A stretch of 62,106 nucleotides of DNA. Origin: Rhodospirillales bacterium. GTDB lineage: Bacteria > Pseudomonadota > Alphaproteobacteria > Rhodospirillales > CAMCUA01. The translations under genes and the position numbers were made by a program. Shown piece by piece: positions 19,185 to 30,319 of this stretch. A model generated the notes under the pieces. The model saw only the letters and a list, made by a program, of their open reading frames with translations. It was not told the DNA's origin and ran no database searches. The DNA is taken from positions 1 to 62,106 of the forward strand of contig CANITX010000001.1 of NCBI GenBank assembly GCA_947470575.1, in the 5' to 3' direction. Every line of letters begins with the position of its first letter. Position 1 is the first letter of the stretch.

Positions 19185-19489
19185 GGATCGCCATTCTGTG
19201 CATCATCGGCGTGGTCCGTATCTATCGTTGGTTTATTTCGCCCCTTCTCGGGCCCAATTGCCGGTTTGAGCCTACCTGTTCCGCCTATGCCGAACAGGCG
19301 CTCCGGTATCACGGCCTATGGCGCGGCCTATGGCTGGCTGTGTGTAGGGTGGCCCGTTGCCACCCTTGGCATGCCGGTGGCTGGGATCCTGTACCTGCCT
19401 CCTCCCTTGTTGCCGTTGTCGGGGGATCCCGACCTGACGGTACAACCTCTCCCTGCGCCGACGGCGTTGGCCAACCGCCCCGTAGCTGA
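19181..19489 (+). CDS. yidD: membrane protein insertion efficiency factor YidD, with a C-terminal extension
   Basis: YRWFISPLLGPNCRFEPTCSAYAEQALRYHG...RCHPWHAGGWDPVP. The start overlaps the rnpA stop (ATGA). Confidence 0.9.
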   Translation: MRIAILCIIGVVRIYRWFISPLLGPNCRFEPTCSAYAEQALRYHGLWRGLWLAVCRVARCHPWHAGGWDPVPASSLVAVVGGSRPDGTTSPCADGVGQPPRS

Positions 19490-19534
19490 ATCGTTTAACC
19501 AGTCTACGCGCGACCTGACGAAAGCATCGAACCG

Positions 19535-21337
19535 ATGGATCAACGCAACCTGGTAATCGCGGTCGTGTTGTCGATTCTGATCATGGTCGGCTACGAACAT
19601 TTCTTTGCGCCGCCGAAGGCGCCTTTGCCGCAGACGGGAACGGAACAGGCGGCGGGGCAGTCCCCTGGTGCTGAGGGAACTTCCGGCAACTTGACCGCGG
19701 CGCCACCGTCGTTAGACCGACCTTCTCTCGATGCGCCAAGGCCCGGTTTCGATATTCCAGGCGCCGGCGCCATCCCCGCAGCACCATCCAGGTCGGCGTT
19801 GCTTGAAGCTGTTCCCCGGGTGCGCATCGATACGCCGCGCCTGCACGGTTCGATATCGCTGCGGGGCGCGCGCATCGACGATCTTACCCTGGCGGACTAC
19901 CATGAAGAGGTCTCCAAGCTCAGCCCCGAAATCGTTCTGTTGAAGCCGGCCGCCGGCAAGGATGGCTACTACAGCGAGTTTGGCTGGGTGCCTGCCGCCG
20001 GTTCGGTTGCGGTTGCGGTTCCCGGGCCCGATACCGAGTGGATCGCCGACCGTGAGGTGCTGACCCCCGATTACCCGGTAACGCTGCGCTGGGAAAATGG
20101 GGCGGGGCTGCGTTTCGAACGCGTTTACGCTATCGACCAGGACTACATGTTCACCGTCACCGAACGTGTGGCGAATACGGCCAGTGAGGCCGTCGCACTC
20201 CATTCCTATGGCTTGGTGCAGCGCCGGGGCACACCGCACGTCAGCGGCTTCTACATCATGCACGAGGGCATGTTGGGTTACCTCGGCAGTTCCTTGGAGG
20301 AAACGACTTACGCCAAACTCCAAGAAAAGGTATTGCGTGAAGACGGTCGCGAAGTCACGGGCCTGCAACGTTTTCCAACGACCGGCGGCTGGCTTGGCAT
20401 CACCGATAAATATTGGATGGTGGTGCTGATCCCCGACCAGAAAATGGCGGTTCAGGCCCGTTATCGACATTGGAAATCCGAAGGCGGAGATCGGTACCAA
20501 GCCGATTACCTCGGCCCGCGTAGCGAGATCGCGCCGGGAACCACCTATGAGGCAAGCAGTCGACTATTTGCCGGTGCCAAGGAAGTGCTCTTGATCGACG
20601 CCTATGAGGATCATCATGGGATCCCTGAATTCTGGCGTGCCATCGACTTCGGCATATTCCACTTTCTCACGCGGCCGATCTTCTACGCATTGAATTACAT
20701 ATACGTTTTGGTCGGAAATTTTGGCGTCTCGATTCTCATACTGACTGTCATCATCAAACTGCTGTTCTTCCCGCTTGCCAATAAGTCCTACGTGGCGATG
20801 AGCAAAATGAAGAAGCTGCAGCCGGAACTGGTCAAGCTGCGCGAACAATTCGGCGAGGATCGCGCCCGCATGAACCAGGAGATGATGGCCCTTTATAAGC
20901 GCGAGAAGGCCAATCCGGTATCCGGTTGCCTGCCGATGCTGATTCAGATTCCGGTGTTCTTCTCGCTCTATAAGGTGCTGTTCGTTACCATCGAAATGCG
21001 CCAGGCACCGTTCTACGGATGGATCAAGGATCTGTCCCAACCCGATCCGACGACGATTTTCAACCTGTTCGGTTTGATTCCTTGGTCGCCGCCCAATTTG
21101 CTGGCCCACCTTGGCTTGTGGCCGATCATCATGGGCATCACGATGTTCTTCCAGCAAAAGCTGAATCCGCAACCGGCGGACCCGGTACAGGCCAAGGTCT
21201 TCCTGTTCATGCCGCTGATATTCACCGCGTTGCTTGCCAGCTTCCCCGCCGGCTTGGTGATCTACTGGGCCTGGAACAACGTTCTGTCGATCGTGCAGCA
21301 ATGGACGATCATGCGGCGCATGGGTGTGAAGGCCTAG
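19535..21337 (+). CDS. yidC: membrane protein insertase YidC
   Basis: 600 aa with a large periplasmic P1 domain. The conserved C-terminal core contains LLFFPLANKSY, MKKLQPE, ANPVSGCLPMLIQIPVFFSLY and PAGLVIYWAWNN. Confidence 0.95.
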   Translation: MDQRNLVIAVVLSILIMVGYEHFFAPPKAPLPQTGTEQAAGQSPGAEGTSGNLTAAPPSLDRPSLDAPRPGFDIPGAGAIPAAPSRSALLEAVPRVRIDTPRLHGSISLRGARIDDLTLADYHEEVSKLSPEIVLLKPAAGKDGYYSEFGWVPAAGSVAVAVPGPDTEWIADREVLTPDYPVTLRWENGAGLRFERVYAIDQDYMFTVTERVANTASEAVALHSYGLVQRRGTPHVSGFYIMHEGMLGYLGSSLEETTYAKLQEKVLREDGREVTGLQRFPTTGGWLGITDKYWMVVLIPDQKMAVQARYRHWKSEGGDRYQADYLGPRSEIAPGTTYEASSRLFAGAKEVLLIDAYEDHHGIPEFWRAIDFGIFHFLTRPIFYALNYIYVLVGNFGVSILILTVIIKLLFFPLANKSYVAMSKMKKLQPELVKLREQFGEDRARMNQEMMALYKREKANPVSGCLPMLIQIPVFFSLYKVLFVTIEMRQAPFYGWIKDLSQPDPTTIFNLFGLIPWSPPNLLAHLGLWPIIMGITMFFQQKLNPQPADPVQAKVFLFMPLIFTALLASFPAGLVIYWAWNNVLSIVQQWTIMRRMGVKA

Positions 21338-21363
21338 GTAGGGATCACGTTTGGGCGAGGGGG

Positions 21364-22056
21364 ATGGAGAAGATGGCAGATACGCCTTCCATCGCAACGC
21401 CTGCCGTCGATGTCGAGATCGACGATGCGGCTCTGGAAGCCGGGCGGGTGTTGTTTGCTCGCGAATGTCGCTTTGTCATTGGCGTTGCCGGTCTCGATCA
21501 GGTGCCGCCCACCGATATGCCCGAGATCGCCTTCGTTGGGCGTTCCAACGTCGGAAAGTCGAGCTTGCTGAACGCGCTGACCGGACGCCATGCGCTCGCC
21601 CGGACATCCAATCAGCCTGGCCGCACCCAGCAGCTCAATTTTTTCGACCTCGATGACCGGCTGATGCTGGTCGATCTGCCGGGCTATGGCTATGCCAGCG
21701 CGCCGAAGGCCATGGTCGAACGATGGACACGGTTGGTTCGCGCCTATTTGAAAGGCCGTTCCGTGTTGCGCCGGTGCTGCCTATTGATCGATGCGCGTCA
21801 TGGCATCAAGGATGTCGATCGCGAGATGATGGCCATGCTGGATACCGCAGCGGTCAATTACCAAGTGATTTTGACGAAGGCAGACAAGCCGGGTACCGCC
21901 GAATTGGCCCGCCGGTTGGATAGCTTGACAGCCGAACTTTCCCGGCATCCCGCTGCCCATCCGCACGTTCTGATTACCAGCGCTCGACACAATATTGGTA
22001 TATCCGAACTGCGCGCCGTACTTGCGGCGCTGGCCCGACCCACTGAAACAAGCTAG
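21364..22056 (+). CDS. engB: ribosome biogenesis GTP-binding protein YihA/EngB
   Basis: [19 protein letters not shown] (G1), DLPGYGYA (G3) and TKADK (G4). The upstream part of ORF 21019.. overlaps yidC and is not used. Confidence 0.9.
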   Translation: MEKMADTPSIATPAVDVEIDDAALEAGRVLFARECRFVIGVAGLDQVPPTDMPEIAFVGRSNVGKSSLLNALTGRHALARTSNQPGRTQQLNFFDLDDRLMLVDLPGYGYASAPKAMVERWTRLVRAYLKGRSVLRRCCLLIDARHGIKDVDREMMAMLDTAAVNYQVILTKADKPGTAELARRLDSLTAELSRHPAAHPHVLITSARHNIGISELRAVLAALARPTETS

Positions 22057-22066
22057 GTTTTGCGCC

Positions 22067-22972
22067 ATGACCGACGCCAAGACGACCGAACAATTGCTCG
22101 CCCAAGCCGCCACTTTGTCGGAGGCGCTGCCCTTTATGAAGCGCAGCGCCGGGGCGACGTTCGTCATTAAATACGGCGGCCATGCCATGGGCGATCCGCA
22201 ATTGGCCAAGATGTTCGCCCGCGATGTCGTTCTTCTGAAGCAAGTGGGCATTCACCCGATTGTCGTTCACGGCGGCGGCCCGCAGATCGGCGACATGCTC
22301 AAGCGACTGGCGATCAAAAGCGAATTCATCGATGGGCTGCGTGTCACCGACGAAGCGACCGTGGAAGTGGTCGAGATGGTATTGGCTGGCAGCATCAATA
22401 AGCAGATCGTCGCTGAAATCAACGCCGCCGGCGGCGTCGCCGTCGGCTTGTCGGGCAAGGACGGCAACCTGATCCAGGCGCGCAAGCTACGCCGGACCAA
22501 GCGCGATCCCGAGTCTAATATCGAGCGCATCCTGGATCTCGGCCTGGTTGGCGAACCTGATGTCATCGATCCATTGATTCTGGACGTCTTCCGTCGGTCG
22601 GATGAGATCATCCCGGTCATCGCCCCTATCGGATTCGGCCCCAATGGCGAGACCCTCAACATCAATGCGGATACTGCGGCCGGCGCTATTGCTGCGGCCA
22701 TGCGCGCGCGCCGGCTGATGATGCTGACCGACGTCGTGGGTGTCTTAGACGGCGAGAAAAAGCTGATACCCGAACTCAGTGCCGAAAGAGCCCGGGAGAT
22801 GATCGATAAGGGAATCATCCACGGTGGCATGATTCCCAAGATCGAAACCTGCCTCGACGCCGTGAAGCAGGGGGCCGAAGGTGCCGTCATCATGGACGGG
22901 CGCTTGCCGCATGCCCTGCTCGTCGAAATCTTCACGGATCAGGGTGCTGGCACCCTAATCCGGCGCACCTAG
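22067..22972 (+). CDS. argB: acetylglutamate kinase
   Basis: [25 protein letters not shown] and [13 protein letters not shown]. Confidence 0.95.
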   Translation: MTDAKTTEQLLAQAATLSEALPFMKRSAGATFVIKYGGHAMGDPQLAKMFARDVVLLKQVGIHPIVVHGGGPQIGDMLKRLAIKSEFIDGLRVTDEATVEVVEMVLAGSINKQIVAEINAAGGVAVGLSGKDGNLIQARKLRRTKRDPESNIERILDLGLVGEPDVIDPLILDVFRRSDEIIPVIAPIGFGPNGETLNINADTAAGAIAAAMRARRLMMLTDVVGVLDGEKKLIPELSAERAREMIDKGIIHGGMIPKIETCLDAVKQGAEGAVIMDGRLPHALLVEIFTDQGAGTLIRRT

Positions 22973-24243
22973 GGATTGCGGATTTCGCCGGCAAGATCGG
23001 CCAAGAATTCCAGCTGCCAGGTCATTTCTTTCGGGTCGAGCGGATACTGGCCGTCGTGTTTGGCATGCAGAATGGTATTCGGCCGAATGCCGGCCAGACG
23101 CCGCTGGACTTCTTCGGCCATGCGCGCCGGTAGTTTTGCCTTCCAGCATACGGCCACAACGCCCTTGGCGCTTTGTGTCGATATGGCTTTGTCGATCACC
23201 GCCCGCGGTTCGTCGGCAAGCAGAGCAAGGGCATCGATTGTGAAGGTCCGCCGACCTCCCCGGATGGCCTCACCGACGATCTCCATGGATAGCTTGCCGG
23301 CCTTGAAGAGGTGTTGAGCTTCGTTGCCGTCGCTCGCTTTGCCGTCCTGCGTGTCCGGCGTTGTGGCATCGCCAAGACGGCGGTGAACTTCTTCGCTCAA
23401 GGCGGCCAATGCCTCGCTATCCAGATCCTGGCGCGCCTGTAGTACGTCAAGAAGATGATCGGCGACGAAGCGACTGAGCCGTGCAACCGCTCCGGTAGGT
23501 AAACGCGGTCGGCGACATAGCGGGTCATGCCAAGATTCGATCATCGGCGCCCGGTCGATAAGCCGGTCCAGGGTTTCTTCACGTATCTGCGCGCTGGTGT
23601 TGCCGAGTAATGCGGCGATGGCGGCAACGTCCTTGGTCGCGGCGATGGCATCGGCAACTTTTTCATCTAATCCGTTTCGACGGCCGATGGCTGAAAGGCC
23701 GCCTCGCGCAGACCCGGTCCGGACGATGCTGAGCAAATCGCTATCGGAGAGCAGGGGCGAGAACTCCAGCAGCGGAGCGGCGACGTTCAGATCCGTGTCG
23801 CGCGCCAAGCGTTGGACGATATCTGCAGGGGCATTGGCCACGGTTTGCAGCGTTTCAGCGATGATCCGGCGCACACGTCCCAATTGATCGCGAGCGAGAA
23901 TATCGAGTGCTTCGCAGGCGGCACGCCCTGCATGGTCGCGCTCTTCGGCAGACAGATCAGGGACAAGGCGAGCGATTTTGGCGGCCAGTTCCGCCCGGAC
24001 GTCGGCGTCGCGATCGCGGGCGAGTAGAAGATCGGCTTGGCCCGGCGTCGTTCGATTGATCGCGATGGTACGGCGGACGGAGGCGTCTGGATCGGCGGCA
24101 AGGTAGTAGAGCAACTCGGGGCGTAGATCGGAGCGACTGGCCAATGTTGCCCGAACTTCAGGATCGTTATGTCCGGCGAGCTGTTTGGCTCGTTGATAGT
24201 CAAGGCGCTCTCCGGACACGTCTCCTCCACTCTCTGTTGTCAT
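22969..24243 (-). CDS. DUF2336-like protein with HEAT-like repeats; function unknown
   Basis: Repeated D-P/R-D-x-x-VR units ([42 protein letters not shown]) and an architecture I recognise as alphaproteobacterial DUF2336. Start at MTTESGG, 16 nt after the GGDEF gene stop. Confidence 0.75.
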   Translation of the reverse strand: MTTESGGDVSGERLDYQRAKQLAGHNDPEVRATLASRSDLRPELLYYLAADPDASVRRTIAINRTTPGQADLLLARDRDADVRAELAAKIARLVPDLSAEERDHAGRAACEALDILARDQLGRVRRIIAETLQTVANAPADIVQRLARDTDLNVAAPLLEFSPLLSDSDLLSIVRTGSARGGLSAIGRRNGLDEKVADAIAATKDVAAIAALLGNTSAQIREETLDRLIDRAPMIESWHDPLCRRPRLPTGAVARLSRFVADHLLDVLQARQDLDSEALAALSEEVHRRLGDATTPDTQDGKASDGNEAQHLFKAGKLSMEIVGEAIRGGRRTFTIDALALLADEPRAVIDKAISTQSAKGVVAVCWKAKLPARMAEEVQRRLAGIRPNTILHAKHDGQYPLDPKEMTWQLEFLADLAGEIRNP

Positions 24244-24259
24244 AGCCGGTCGCGTTGTT

Positions 24260-25993
24260 TCATTTCGGGTTGGTGGCCAGACCGACGGCAGGCGGGGCGA
24301 TCGCGAAACTGCTCTTGCCGCGCCGCTTGGCGATATACATCGCACCATCGGCACGGGCCATCAGGTCGTTCAGGGTCTCGGCTGAAGCGGGGTCGTAAAT
24401 GGCGACTCCAACCGAAATGCCGAGCGGGCGATCGGCAGAGCCGGAAAAAGACGTCAAGACTTGGCTTGCTGCGAGCAGCTCCTGCGCCCGTCGACAGGCG
24501 ACGTCCGTGGTGATGCCGTCCAGCCACATGGCGAATTCATCGCCACCGAGACGGGCGATGACGTCGCGGGGTCGTGAAAACTCGACCAGCAGATCGCGCA
24601 ACGTCAATATGGCCTCGTCGCCTCGGCTGTGCCCATGTACATCGTTCACCGCCTTGAAATTGTCCAGGTCGATATAGAACAACGCGGCCATTTGTCCTGC
24701 CCGATGCAGCCGCGACAGGCGCCGCGGCAAGTCGTCGTTTAGGAAGGTGCGTCGGTTGAGCAGGCCGGTCATCCCGTCCGACCGCGATAGAGCCAGGACA
24801 CGTTCGTGGTTGCTGATCTGTTCATTGACGATGCCGAGTTGCCCCGCGATGTTGGCCAGCAGTTCCTGATCGTCGACGGACCAATCGCCTGAAATCGTCG
24901 GTTTCCAGACCGCAACCGCGCCATTCATGGACTTTTGATGATAGCTGGCCGATACCAGCGTGCGCCAGCCGCCCACGTCCATCTGCACGCTGGAGCCTGC
25001 CGCTTCTTCCTGTCGGGCAAGACTCGATTCTAGGGAATCGATGCCGCCGGAATCGCCAAACGACGCAGCCGTTGCATAAGTTCCGGCAGGTGTCCGCCGA
25101 AAGATGTGGCAACCCGAGGCGCCTAAAGCGCTGGCGGTGGCCGAGGCTGCTGCCGAAAGCATATCCAGCGGCTCGACCTTGTCGCGGATGGCCTTGGTTA
25201 CATAGTTGATCATGCGTTCCCGATGCTGGAGGCGCGACAATATGGCTTCCCGGTTCCGGTCATCGGTGACGTCGCGGCAAACGCCGCGGGCACCCGCGAC
25301 ATCGCCGGTGGAAGTGTGCAGCGGCAGGCTGGAAACAAGCACGCAGGAATCGCTACCATCGGCGCGACGGAGCCAAACTTCGATACCCTCCATGGGGTGA
25401 TGGCATTTGAAGGGTAGGGGATCATAGTCTTCGACATTGCGGACCAATGCTTCGGGTCTGCGCCCGATGAGGTCGCTGGCACTATAGCCAAGCGCGCCGC
25501 GCGGGGACATGAATGTAAAGGTGCCCTCGGGGCCCACCTCCCAACTGAAGTCGCTGGAGATTTCGACCAAATCCTTGTAGCGCTGTCGTGAATCGGCCAG
25601 TGCGGCCCGTAGGTTGCGTTCTAACGTCAGATCGCGAACCAGGAGCAGGGCAGCCTGCCCATCGAAAACCGGTATCGCCTCGATGTCCAAGACCTGCTCG
25701 GTCTCAGGTCCGGGCACCAGGGCCTCGCTCGAAACCGCGGCTTCCTCGTCGAATGCGCGGTGCAGCAAAGGAGCGATAGACGGGAATTCTCCGGCGGCGA
25801 TACGGTTGAGGAGGTCGGCGCCCTTATCGTTGGAGGCGAGAGGCCGGCCACCTCGGTCGACGACAATGGCTTGACCGGGATAACCTGCGACCAATCGATC
25901 GGCACGACCTGACGGGTGCGTCTGTCGATCAGGCGGACGCTCAAGTCCAGGAGGATCGATCTTTCGATTCCTGGGGCCTCGGTTGATCGTCAT
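24260..25993 (-). CDS. PAS/PAS/GAF-like sensor diguanylate cyclase (GGDEF)
   Basis: The C-terminus reads DGMTGLLNRRTF...FYIDLDNFKAVNDVHGHSRGDEAI...RPRDVIARLGGDEFAMW. The GGDEF active site is intact, and an RxxD I-site (RPRD) lies 5 residues upstream. Start at MTINRGP. Confidence 0.9.
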   Translation of the reverse strand: MTINRGPRNRKIDPPGLERPPDRQTHPSGRADRLVAGYPGQAIVVDRGGRPLASNDKGADLLNRIAAGEFPSIAPLLHRAFDEEAAVSSEALVPGPETEQVLDIEAIPVFDGQAALLLVRDLTLERNLRAALADSRQRYKDLVEISSDFSWEVGPEGTFTFMSPRGALGYSASDLIGRRPEALVRNVEDYDPLPFKCHHPMEGIEVWLRRADGSDSCVLVSSLPLHTSTGDVAGARGVCRDVTDDRNREAILSRLQHRERMINYVTKAIRDKVEPLDMLSAAASATASALGASGCHIFRRTPAGTYATAASFGDSGGIDSLESSLARQEEAAGSSVQMDVGGWRTLVSASYHQKSMNGAVAVWKPTISGDWSVDDQELLANIAGQLGIVNEQISNHERVLALSRSDGMTGLLNRRTFLNDDLPRRLSRLHRAGQMAALFYIDLDNFKAVNDVHGHSRGDEAILTLRDLLVEFSRPRDVIARLGGDEFAMWLDGITTDVACRRAQELLAASQVLTSFSGSADRPLGISVGVAIYDPASAETLNDLMARADGAMYIAKRRGKSSFAIAPPAVGLATNPK

Positions 25994-26129
25994 GTGACAT
26001 CCAGAAATGGGCGGCAATCGTCCGGTGGTCTTCCGGAATGCCGGAGCCTCGATACCACATAGCGCAACCTTCGCATGGCGACAATCTCCCGGTCTTGCCT
26101 TCCGGATCGATCCGAACGACAAAGAGGCT

Positions 26130-26858
26130 ATGATGCCTGACCCCGAATCCCAAAATATGCAACCCTTCCCGGTCGCAGAGGCTACATTAGCCGTCCTGGC
26201 GCGGACCGAGACATGGGTCTTCGATCTTGACAACACCCTCTATCCAGCGGCCTGCAATCTGTTTGCGGAAGTCGACGTGCGCATCGGACGTTACATTGCC
26301 GATCTGTTGAGCATATCGGCCGAGGACGCCCGCGTCGTGCAGAAGCATTATTTCCGGGAATATGGGACGTCCCTGCGCGGCTTGATGATGCACCACAGCA
26401 TAGATCCTCTCGACTATCTCGATTACGTCCACGATATCGACGTTACGCGAGTCTCGCCCTCGCCCGATTTAGCCGAGGCGTTGGATACGCTGCCCGGTCG
26501 CAAGTTGATCTTTACCAATGGATCGTCCGCCCATGCCGAACGGGTCATGAACCGACTTGGTGTTGCCGACCGGTTCGAAGCCGTGTTCGATATTATCGAG
26601 GCGGAATACCTGCCAAAGCCCGAACCCGCCGTTTATGCCGCCTTGGTCGGGCGTCATGCCATTGATCCGCGTCGCGCCGTGATGGTCGAAGATATCGCCC
26701 GAAATTTGGTTCCGGCGGCGGCACTCGGTATGACCACTGCTTGGGTGTGCGGCGACTCTCACTGGGGTAACGAAGGCGCCGAAGGCGATCATGTACATCA
26801 TGTGGTTGACGATCTGGTCGGATGGTTGACGCAAATCGGAACTCGGGTGCAACGATGA
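26130..26858 (+). CDS. HAD-superfamily pyrimidine 5'-nucleotidase-like hydrolase
   Basis: [10 protein letters not shown] (HAD motif I), IFTNGS (motif II) and KP...MVEDIARNL (motifs III/IV). AAAGAGG lies upstream of the ATG. Confidence 0.8.
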   Translation: MMPDPESQNMQPFPVAEATLAVLARTETWVFDLDNTLYPAACNLFAEVDVRIGRYIADLLSISAEDARVVQKHYFREYGTSLRGLMMHHSIDPLDYLDYVHDIDVTRVSPSPDLAEALDTLPGRKLIFTNGSSAHAERVMNRLGVADRFEAVFDIIEAEYLPKPEPAVYAALVGRHAIDPRRAVMVEDIARNLVPAAALGMTTAWVCGDSHWGNEGAEGDHVHHVVDDLVGWLTQIGTRVQR

Positions 26859-28036
26859 CGACCGCTTTTCCAAACCATGTCATCGATCCCCTGGAATTTG
26901 CTCAGGCGCTGATCCGTTGTCCCAGCGTTACGCCAAATGAGGGTGGCGCGTTGGACTTGTTGCAGCAACGCTTGGCCAAGCTGGGTTTCGTCTGTCACCG
27001 GGTTCCCTTCACTGAAAATGGTACGCCGACGGTGGACAACCTCTATGCCCGTATCGGCACGGCCCAGCCCAATTTCTGTTTTGCCGGCCATACGGATGTG
27101 GTGCCGGTTGGCGATGCCGGTGCCTGGCGTCATCCGCCCTTCGCTGCGACGGTTGAGAACGGCCGATTGATCGGCCGCGGGGCCGTCGATATGAAAAGCT
27201 CCATTGCTTGCTTCGTCGCTGCCGCCGGCCGATTTTTGGCTCAGCACCCGAACGGGTTCAACGGCTCGATCAGCCTGCTGATCACCGGCGACGAGGAGGG
27301 GCCTGCCGTTAACGGCACCGTCAAGGTGCTCGACTGGCTTAAACGACGTAACGAAGCCATCGATGGTTGCATCGTCGGCGAGCCGACCAACCCGCAGGCC
27401 CTGGGCGACATGATGAAAATCGGCCGGCGCGGTAGTCTCAACGCGGTGCTGACCGTGCGTGGCGTGCAGGGCCACGTTGCTTATCCGCACCTTGCCGACA
27501 ATCCTATCCCACGCTTAATGCGCATGTTGACCCGCTTGGCCGAAACGCCGCTCGACGGGGGTAACGATCATTTTCAACCGTCATCCCTGAACGTCACCGA
27601 TCTGCATGTTGGTAACGAAACCACCAATATCATTCCGGCGGTGGCGCGGGCTCGTTTCAACATCCGCTTCAACGACATCCATACAGGCGCTGGTCTGATC
27701 CGTTGGATCCGCGAGATTTGTGACGACGTGGGCGGCGATTACGAGTTGCAACCGACAATTTCGGGGGAGTCCTTCCTGACGCCGCCAGGCCGGCTCAGCC
27801 AGGCCGTCGCCGATGCCGTCGAGCGGGCGACGGGGCGTCGTCCCGAACTCAGCACCAGCGGCGGTACCTCCGACGCCCGCTTCATCAAGGATCATTGTCC
27901 GGTGGTCGAATTCGGGCTCACGGGCAAGACCATGCATCAGGTCGACGAAAGCACGGATGTGGCGGACCTCGAGACGTTGACCGCCATCTATCTCGATGTT
28001 CTTGAGCACTGGTTTGCCGACGGTCTCGAATGCTGA
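26855..28036 (+). CDS. dapE: succinyl-diaminopimelate desuccinylase
   Basis: [31 protein letters not shown] and LITGDEEG. The start overlaps the upstream stop (ATGA). Confidence 0.9.
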   Translation: MTTAFPNHVIDPLEFAQALIRCPSVTPNEGGALDLLQQRLAKLGFVCHRVPFTENGTPTVDNLYARIGTAQPNFCFAGHTDVVPVGDAGAWRHPPFAATVENGRLIGRGAVDMKSSIACFVAAAGRFLAQHPNGFNGSISLLITGDEEGPAVNGTVKVLDWLKRRNEAIDGCIVGEPTNPQALGDMMKIGRRGSLNAVLTVRGVQGHVAYPHLADNPIPRLMRMLTRLAETPLDGGNDHFQPSSLNVTDLHVGNETTNIIPAVARARFNIRFNDIHTGAGLIRWIREICDDVGGDYELQPTISGESFLTPPGRLSQAVADAVERATGRRPELSTSGGTSDARFIKDHCPVVEFGLTGKTMHQVDESTDVADLETLTAIYLDVLEHWFADGLEC

Positions 28037-28602
28037 GCATGCGCGACGTCGTGGCCGGATTGCTCGGAGCCTATCGCCTGGCCTGTCTGGATCGGGGAGG
28101 ATTGCGCTATTTCGACGCCAGCCCGGAGGGGTTTTGGCGTTCGCTTTATGGGGCCGCGACAATCGTTGCGTTGCCGCATGCCCTGCTGCTGTCCATCAGG
28201 TTTGCCGTCGATCCCGATCCGCCGGATCCCCTGCTCTACGCGGGGGTCAATGCCATAGCTTATGTGGTTGCCTGGACCATCTTTCCCCTGGTGATGTTTT
28301 ACCTGAGCCGTTTGATCGACCGGCGGGGTCAGCTTCTACGCTATATCGTCGCCTACAATTGGGCGGCGGTGTTGCAGAATGGGGTGTACTTGCCGGTCGC
28401 CATCGCCGAGCAGATCGGCTTACTTCCTGCCGAACCGGCACAGTTTTTGCTGCTGTTGGCGCTTCTGGGTGTGATGGCCTATTCGTGCGTCGTCGCTCAC
28501 CTTGCTCTCGAGGTGCCTCTGTTCACGGCTATCGGTATCGTCATTCTCGACCTGATGCTGGGCATATTTGTTCAGGTCTGGACGGATCGTTTGCTGCAAT
28601 AG
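28030..28602 (+). CDS. hypothetical polytopic membrane protein
   Basis: 190 aa with 4-5 hydrophobic segments. The ATG overlaps the dapE stop by 7 nt. No family recognised. Confidence 0.55.
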   Translation: MLSMRDVVAGLLGAYRLACLDRGGLRYFDASPEGFWRSLYGAATIVALPHALLLSIRFAVDPDPPDPLLYAGVNAIAYVVAWTIFPLVMFYLSRLIDRRGQLLRYIVAYNWAAVLQNGVYLPVAIAEQIGLLPAEPAQFLLLLALLGVMAYSCVVAHLALEVPLFTAIGIVILDLMLGIFVQVWTDRLLQ

Positions 28603-29333
28603 TTGACGGATTCCAGGTAAAGCCCCTCGGCAGGTGCCGTTGGCCCGCCCGCTGCCCGGTTGCGGGCTGCCAGGGCACGCGCCACGTCTTCGACGGCCCA
28701 GCGGCCGGCACCGACCCGTTCCAGCGTTCCCACCATGTTGCGCACCTGATGATGCAGAAAGGAGCGTGCTCGGGCCTGGATGTGAATTTCCTCGCCGATC
28801 CGCACAACGCTCAGTTCGTCGAGCGTTTTGACCGGTGACTTGGCCTGACAAAGGGTGGCACGAAAGCTGGTAAAGTCATGTTGGCCGACCAGGAGGCCCG
28901 CTGCCCGAGCCATGGCCTGTTCGTCCAAGAGATTTGCCACCCACCACACCCGGCTCCGCTCCAGCACGGGCGGCGACCGGCGGTTGAGGATGCGGTAACG
29001 ATAGGCCCGCTCGCAGGCCGAGAAACGGGCGTGAAAATCCGAAGCCGCCAAATCTGCCGCGATCACGCAGACAGGATGCGGCCGCATGTGGAAATTCAGC
29101 GCATCGCGCAGCGTCTTGCCGGAAGTGGTGCGTTCCAGGTCCACGTGGGCGACCTGGCCGCGGGCATGGACGCCTGCATCGGTGCGTCCGGCGGCGAAGA
29201 CGCGAACGGTCTCGCTGCAGAATCGCTGGATAGCTTCCTCGACGACTTGCTGCACGCCCAGGCCATTGTCCTGGCGTTGCCAACCGACAAAGGGGCTGCC
29301 GTCGTATTCGAGGGTGAGGCGATAGCGGGGCAT
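28572..29333 (-). CDS. truA: tRNA pseudouridine(38-40) synthase
   Basis: MPRYRLTLEYDGSPFVGWQRQ...AAGRTDAGVHARGQVAHVDL, which includes the catalytic Asp motif. Confidence 0.9.
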   Translation of the reverse strand: MPRYRLTLEYDGSPFVGWQRQDNGLGVQQVVEEAIQRFCSETVRVFAAGRTDAGVHARGQVAHVDLERTTSGKTLRDALNFHMRPHPVCVIAADLAASDFHARFSACERAYRYRILNRRSPPVLERSRVWWVANLLDEQAMARAAGLLVGQHDFTSFRATLCQAKSPVKTLDELSVVRIGEEIHIQARARSFLHHQVRNMVGTLERVGAGRWAVEDVARALAARNRAAGGPTAPAEGLYLESVNYCSKRSVQT

Positions 29334-29371
29334 GCTTCTTTGTAGCCGGCCAAATGCCGGCGGGCGAGGGG

Positions 29372-30304
29372 TCAGTCGATCCGCGTGCCGGCGCTCAAGG
29401 GATAGCCACGGAGAAATGCCTCCGCTTCCATGGCATCCCGGCCAGGCCGTTGCAAGCGGGTCAGGCGCAGGGCGCCGCTGCCACAAGCTAGCGTCAAATG
29501 GTCATCGAGCACGGTTCCGGGAGGTATCCCCGGTGGGCTTGCTATCACGCGGCCAGCCAAAACTTTGATGCGCGTGCCTCCCTGCTCGAACCAGGTTCCC
29601 GGCCAGGGATTTAACGCCCTTAACATCCGCTCCAGTTCTGCTGCCGGGCGGCCCCAATCGAGGCGGCCCTCCTCGCGGCGCAGTTTCGGCGCGACGGTAA
29701 CGCCCTGGTGGGGTTGCGGATGATCGGCCAGGTGGCCGGTTGCTAATTCTTCGAGCGCCGGAACGATCAGCTTCGCGCCCAGGGCGGCAAGCGTATCGTG
29801 CAGTTCAGCGGCGGTCGTCTCGGGGCCGATGGGAACCGTATCGGCCATCAGCATCGGCCCGGTATCCAACCCTTCGTCCATGCGCATGATGGTGACCCCG
29901 GTCTTGTCGTCGCCCGCCAGGATGGCCCGTTGGATGGGGGCCGCGCCACGCCAGCGGGGTAGGAGCGATGCATGGATATTGATGCATCCAAGTTTCGGAA
30001 CTCGCAGGATCGGCTGGGGCAGAATCAGGCCATAAGCCGTTACCACGGCCACGTCCGGCGCAAGAGCGGCGAAGGCCAGATGCTCGGCCTCGTTCTTCAG
30101 GCTGGCCGGCGTATGCACCGGAATGCTCCGGGCATCCGCGTGGGCATGGACGGCACAGGGTGCCTCGCGATGCCCCCTTCCGGCGGGGCGGGGCGGCTGG
30201 CTGTAGACGGCAACAACCCGATGCCCGGCGTCGATCAGGGCATCGAGCGCGGGGATCGCGAAATCGGGACTCCCCATGAAAATCAGGCGTAGGCTTGTGG
30301 CCAT
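29372..30304 (-). CDS. fmt: methionyl-tRNA formyltransferase
   Basis: [34 protein letters not shown] and the C-terminal tRNA-binding domain. Confidence 0.95.
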   Translation of the reverse strand: MATSLRLIFMGSPDFAIPALDALIDAGHRVVAVYSQPPRPAGRGHREAPCAVHAHADARSIPVHTPASLKNEAEHLAFAALAPDVAVVTAYGLILPQPILRVPKLGCINIHASLLPRWRGAAPIQRAILAGDDKTGVTIMRMDEGLDTGPMLMADTVPIGPETTAAELHDTLAALGAKLIVPALEELATGHLADHPQPHQGVTVAPKLRREEGRLDWGRPAAELERMLRALNPWPGTWFEQGGTRIKVLAGRVIASPPGIPPGTVLDDHLTLACGSGALRLTRLQRPGRDAMEAEAFLRGYPLSAGTRID

Positions 30305-30319
30305 GCGGCGCGCTGCGGC

